Below are positions 62,985-64,000 of a stretch of 64,000 nt of DNA, in pieces. The position numbers and the translations under genes are program-made. The DNA is from Camelus ferus. Its lineage: Eukaryota. Numbering within the stretch: position 1 is the stretch's first letter; each line of letters opens with the position of its first letter. The notes below the pieces were generated by a model. That model was not told the origin of the DNA, searched no databases, and saw nothing but the letters and a program-made list of their open reading frames with translations. The stretch lies in assembly GCF_009834535.1 (NCBI RefSeq), contig NC_045724.1, forward strand, positions 18,972,001-19,036,000, written 5' to 3'.

Positions 62985-63130
62985 TTCTGGCTATAATTAG
63001 AATTATCTGGGGGACTTTTACATAAGGCTGATGCTTGGCCTCAGTCCCAAAGATTCTGATTCAGTAGGTGTGGAGTGAGGCCTGAACATCAATATTGTTT
63101 TCAAATTCTTTATTGGAACAAAATTGATAT
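62985..63130 (-). mobile_element. MER5-like hAT MITE
   Basis: tagaattatctggggg...agattctgattcagtaggtgtggagtgaggcctga. Confidence 0.7.
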
Positions 63131-64000
63131 GCATGTTCACCGTTGACTCCAGTCATACCTGGGCCCTGTCTGGTCTCCAAATATGCTGCTGCTGTTGTTG
63201 TGGTTGTGATGGTTGTTCCCTCCTCCTCCTTCTTTGCTATGTCTCTTTTCTTTTGCACATGATGCTCCTAGAATGTCTTTATTTTTGACCCTGTTTCTCT
63301 AACTCTTAATTGGCTATCATGACTCAAAGCTACCATCACTTACTTCAGGAAGTCTTCCCTAATCTTTCCTGGCAGAGTTATGAATCCCATGCTGTATCGC
63401 CATAGCACCTTTACATAATTCTCCCTGATTGGTGTCCAGTTGACTTAGTTTGGGTCTTGGACAGAATACCAAGACTGAGCTATTCCACACAGACTGAATC
63501 CAATGGGGGAGGCAAAATTGGGTACTGATATCAGAAGGGGGAATGGATACTGGGCATCAAAACAGCAAATGTAGTTTTCAGTATTGTATAAACCTATACT
63601 GTTCCTGAAAGTAATTAAAGTGGTTGTCTTTCTACTAGTTTGAATACTTAGTTCCAAGTCAGTAAATGTTTGTTAAGTGAATGGTTCTTGCCCTCAGTTT
63701 TTAGGATGTGGGCTTATTCCAAAGTCTGTTCTGAATGATGTTCATCCTTTATAAAGTGATTCTATTTTATTCTGTCAGGCCCCTAGAGCTTTTACACAAT
63801 GGCTTTTGAAACTATCATCAGTAGAAAACATCTCTGAGAATCTCTAAATCAGCTGTTTTCCATTTGGCTTCCTAAGAAAGCGATGTTAGAATGTAAGGGT
63901 CAGTGATGGAAGGGAGGCAGGCCATGTAGCTGAGATCCAAACCACTTAATCCCGTGGACAAATGCTCTCTGTCTCTGCCAGAATTCAGACTGGTAATAAA

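Noticed and set aside
1-64000. CRISPR arrays, prokaryotic operons, NUMTs, snRNA/rRNA copies
   Set aside because: No regularly spaced repeat-spacer arrays, gene-dense foreign segments or recognisable mitochondrial or structural-RNA sequence were seen. A cmscan/BLAST run would be needed to exclude short diverged copies.

Overview
Mammalian genomic DNA, most likely a camelid (two copies of the tRNA-Ala-derived Vic-1 SINE), from the region syntenic with the human RRS1/ADHFE1 locus, read in the opposite orientation. There are only two protein-coding features, both on the minus strand in the first 5 kb. One is coding exon 1 of ADHFE1 (1856-1914); the rest of that gene lies left of the window. The other is the intronless RRS1 gene (3894-4992), which carries a single extra base near 4224-4227 that shifts the frame after codon 256. 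Both genes have CpG-island promoters. The other ~58 kb is non-coding and rich in interspersed repeats (L1, L2, L3/CR1, MIR, MaLR/ERV LTRs, Tigger and hAT DNA transposons, Vic-1, microsatellites), with three N-runs inside L1 copies. I found no new multi-gene system, CRISPR array or foreign insert. The most interesting items are small retrotransposition footprints readable directly from the sequence: a probable orphan L1 3' transduction with a perfect 16-bp target-site duplication (42144-42365), a poly(A)-only insertion with a perfect 15-bp TSD (19516-19559), a possible Vic-1/L1-tail chimera within an 11-bp direct repeat (23915-24158), and an isolated 55-bp internal L1 ORF2 fragment (7069-7123). 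The RRS1 frameshift is probably an assembly error. Repeat subfamily names and most repeat boundaries come from recalled consensus sequences and are approximate.
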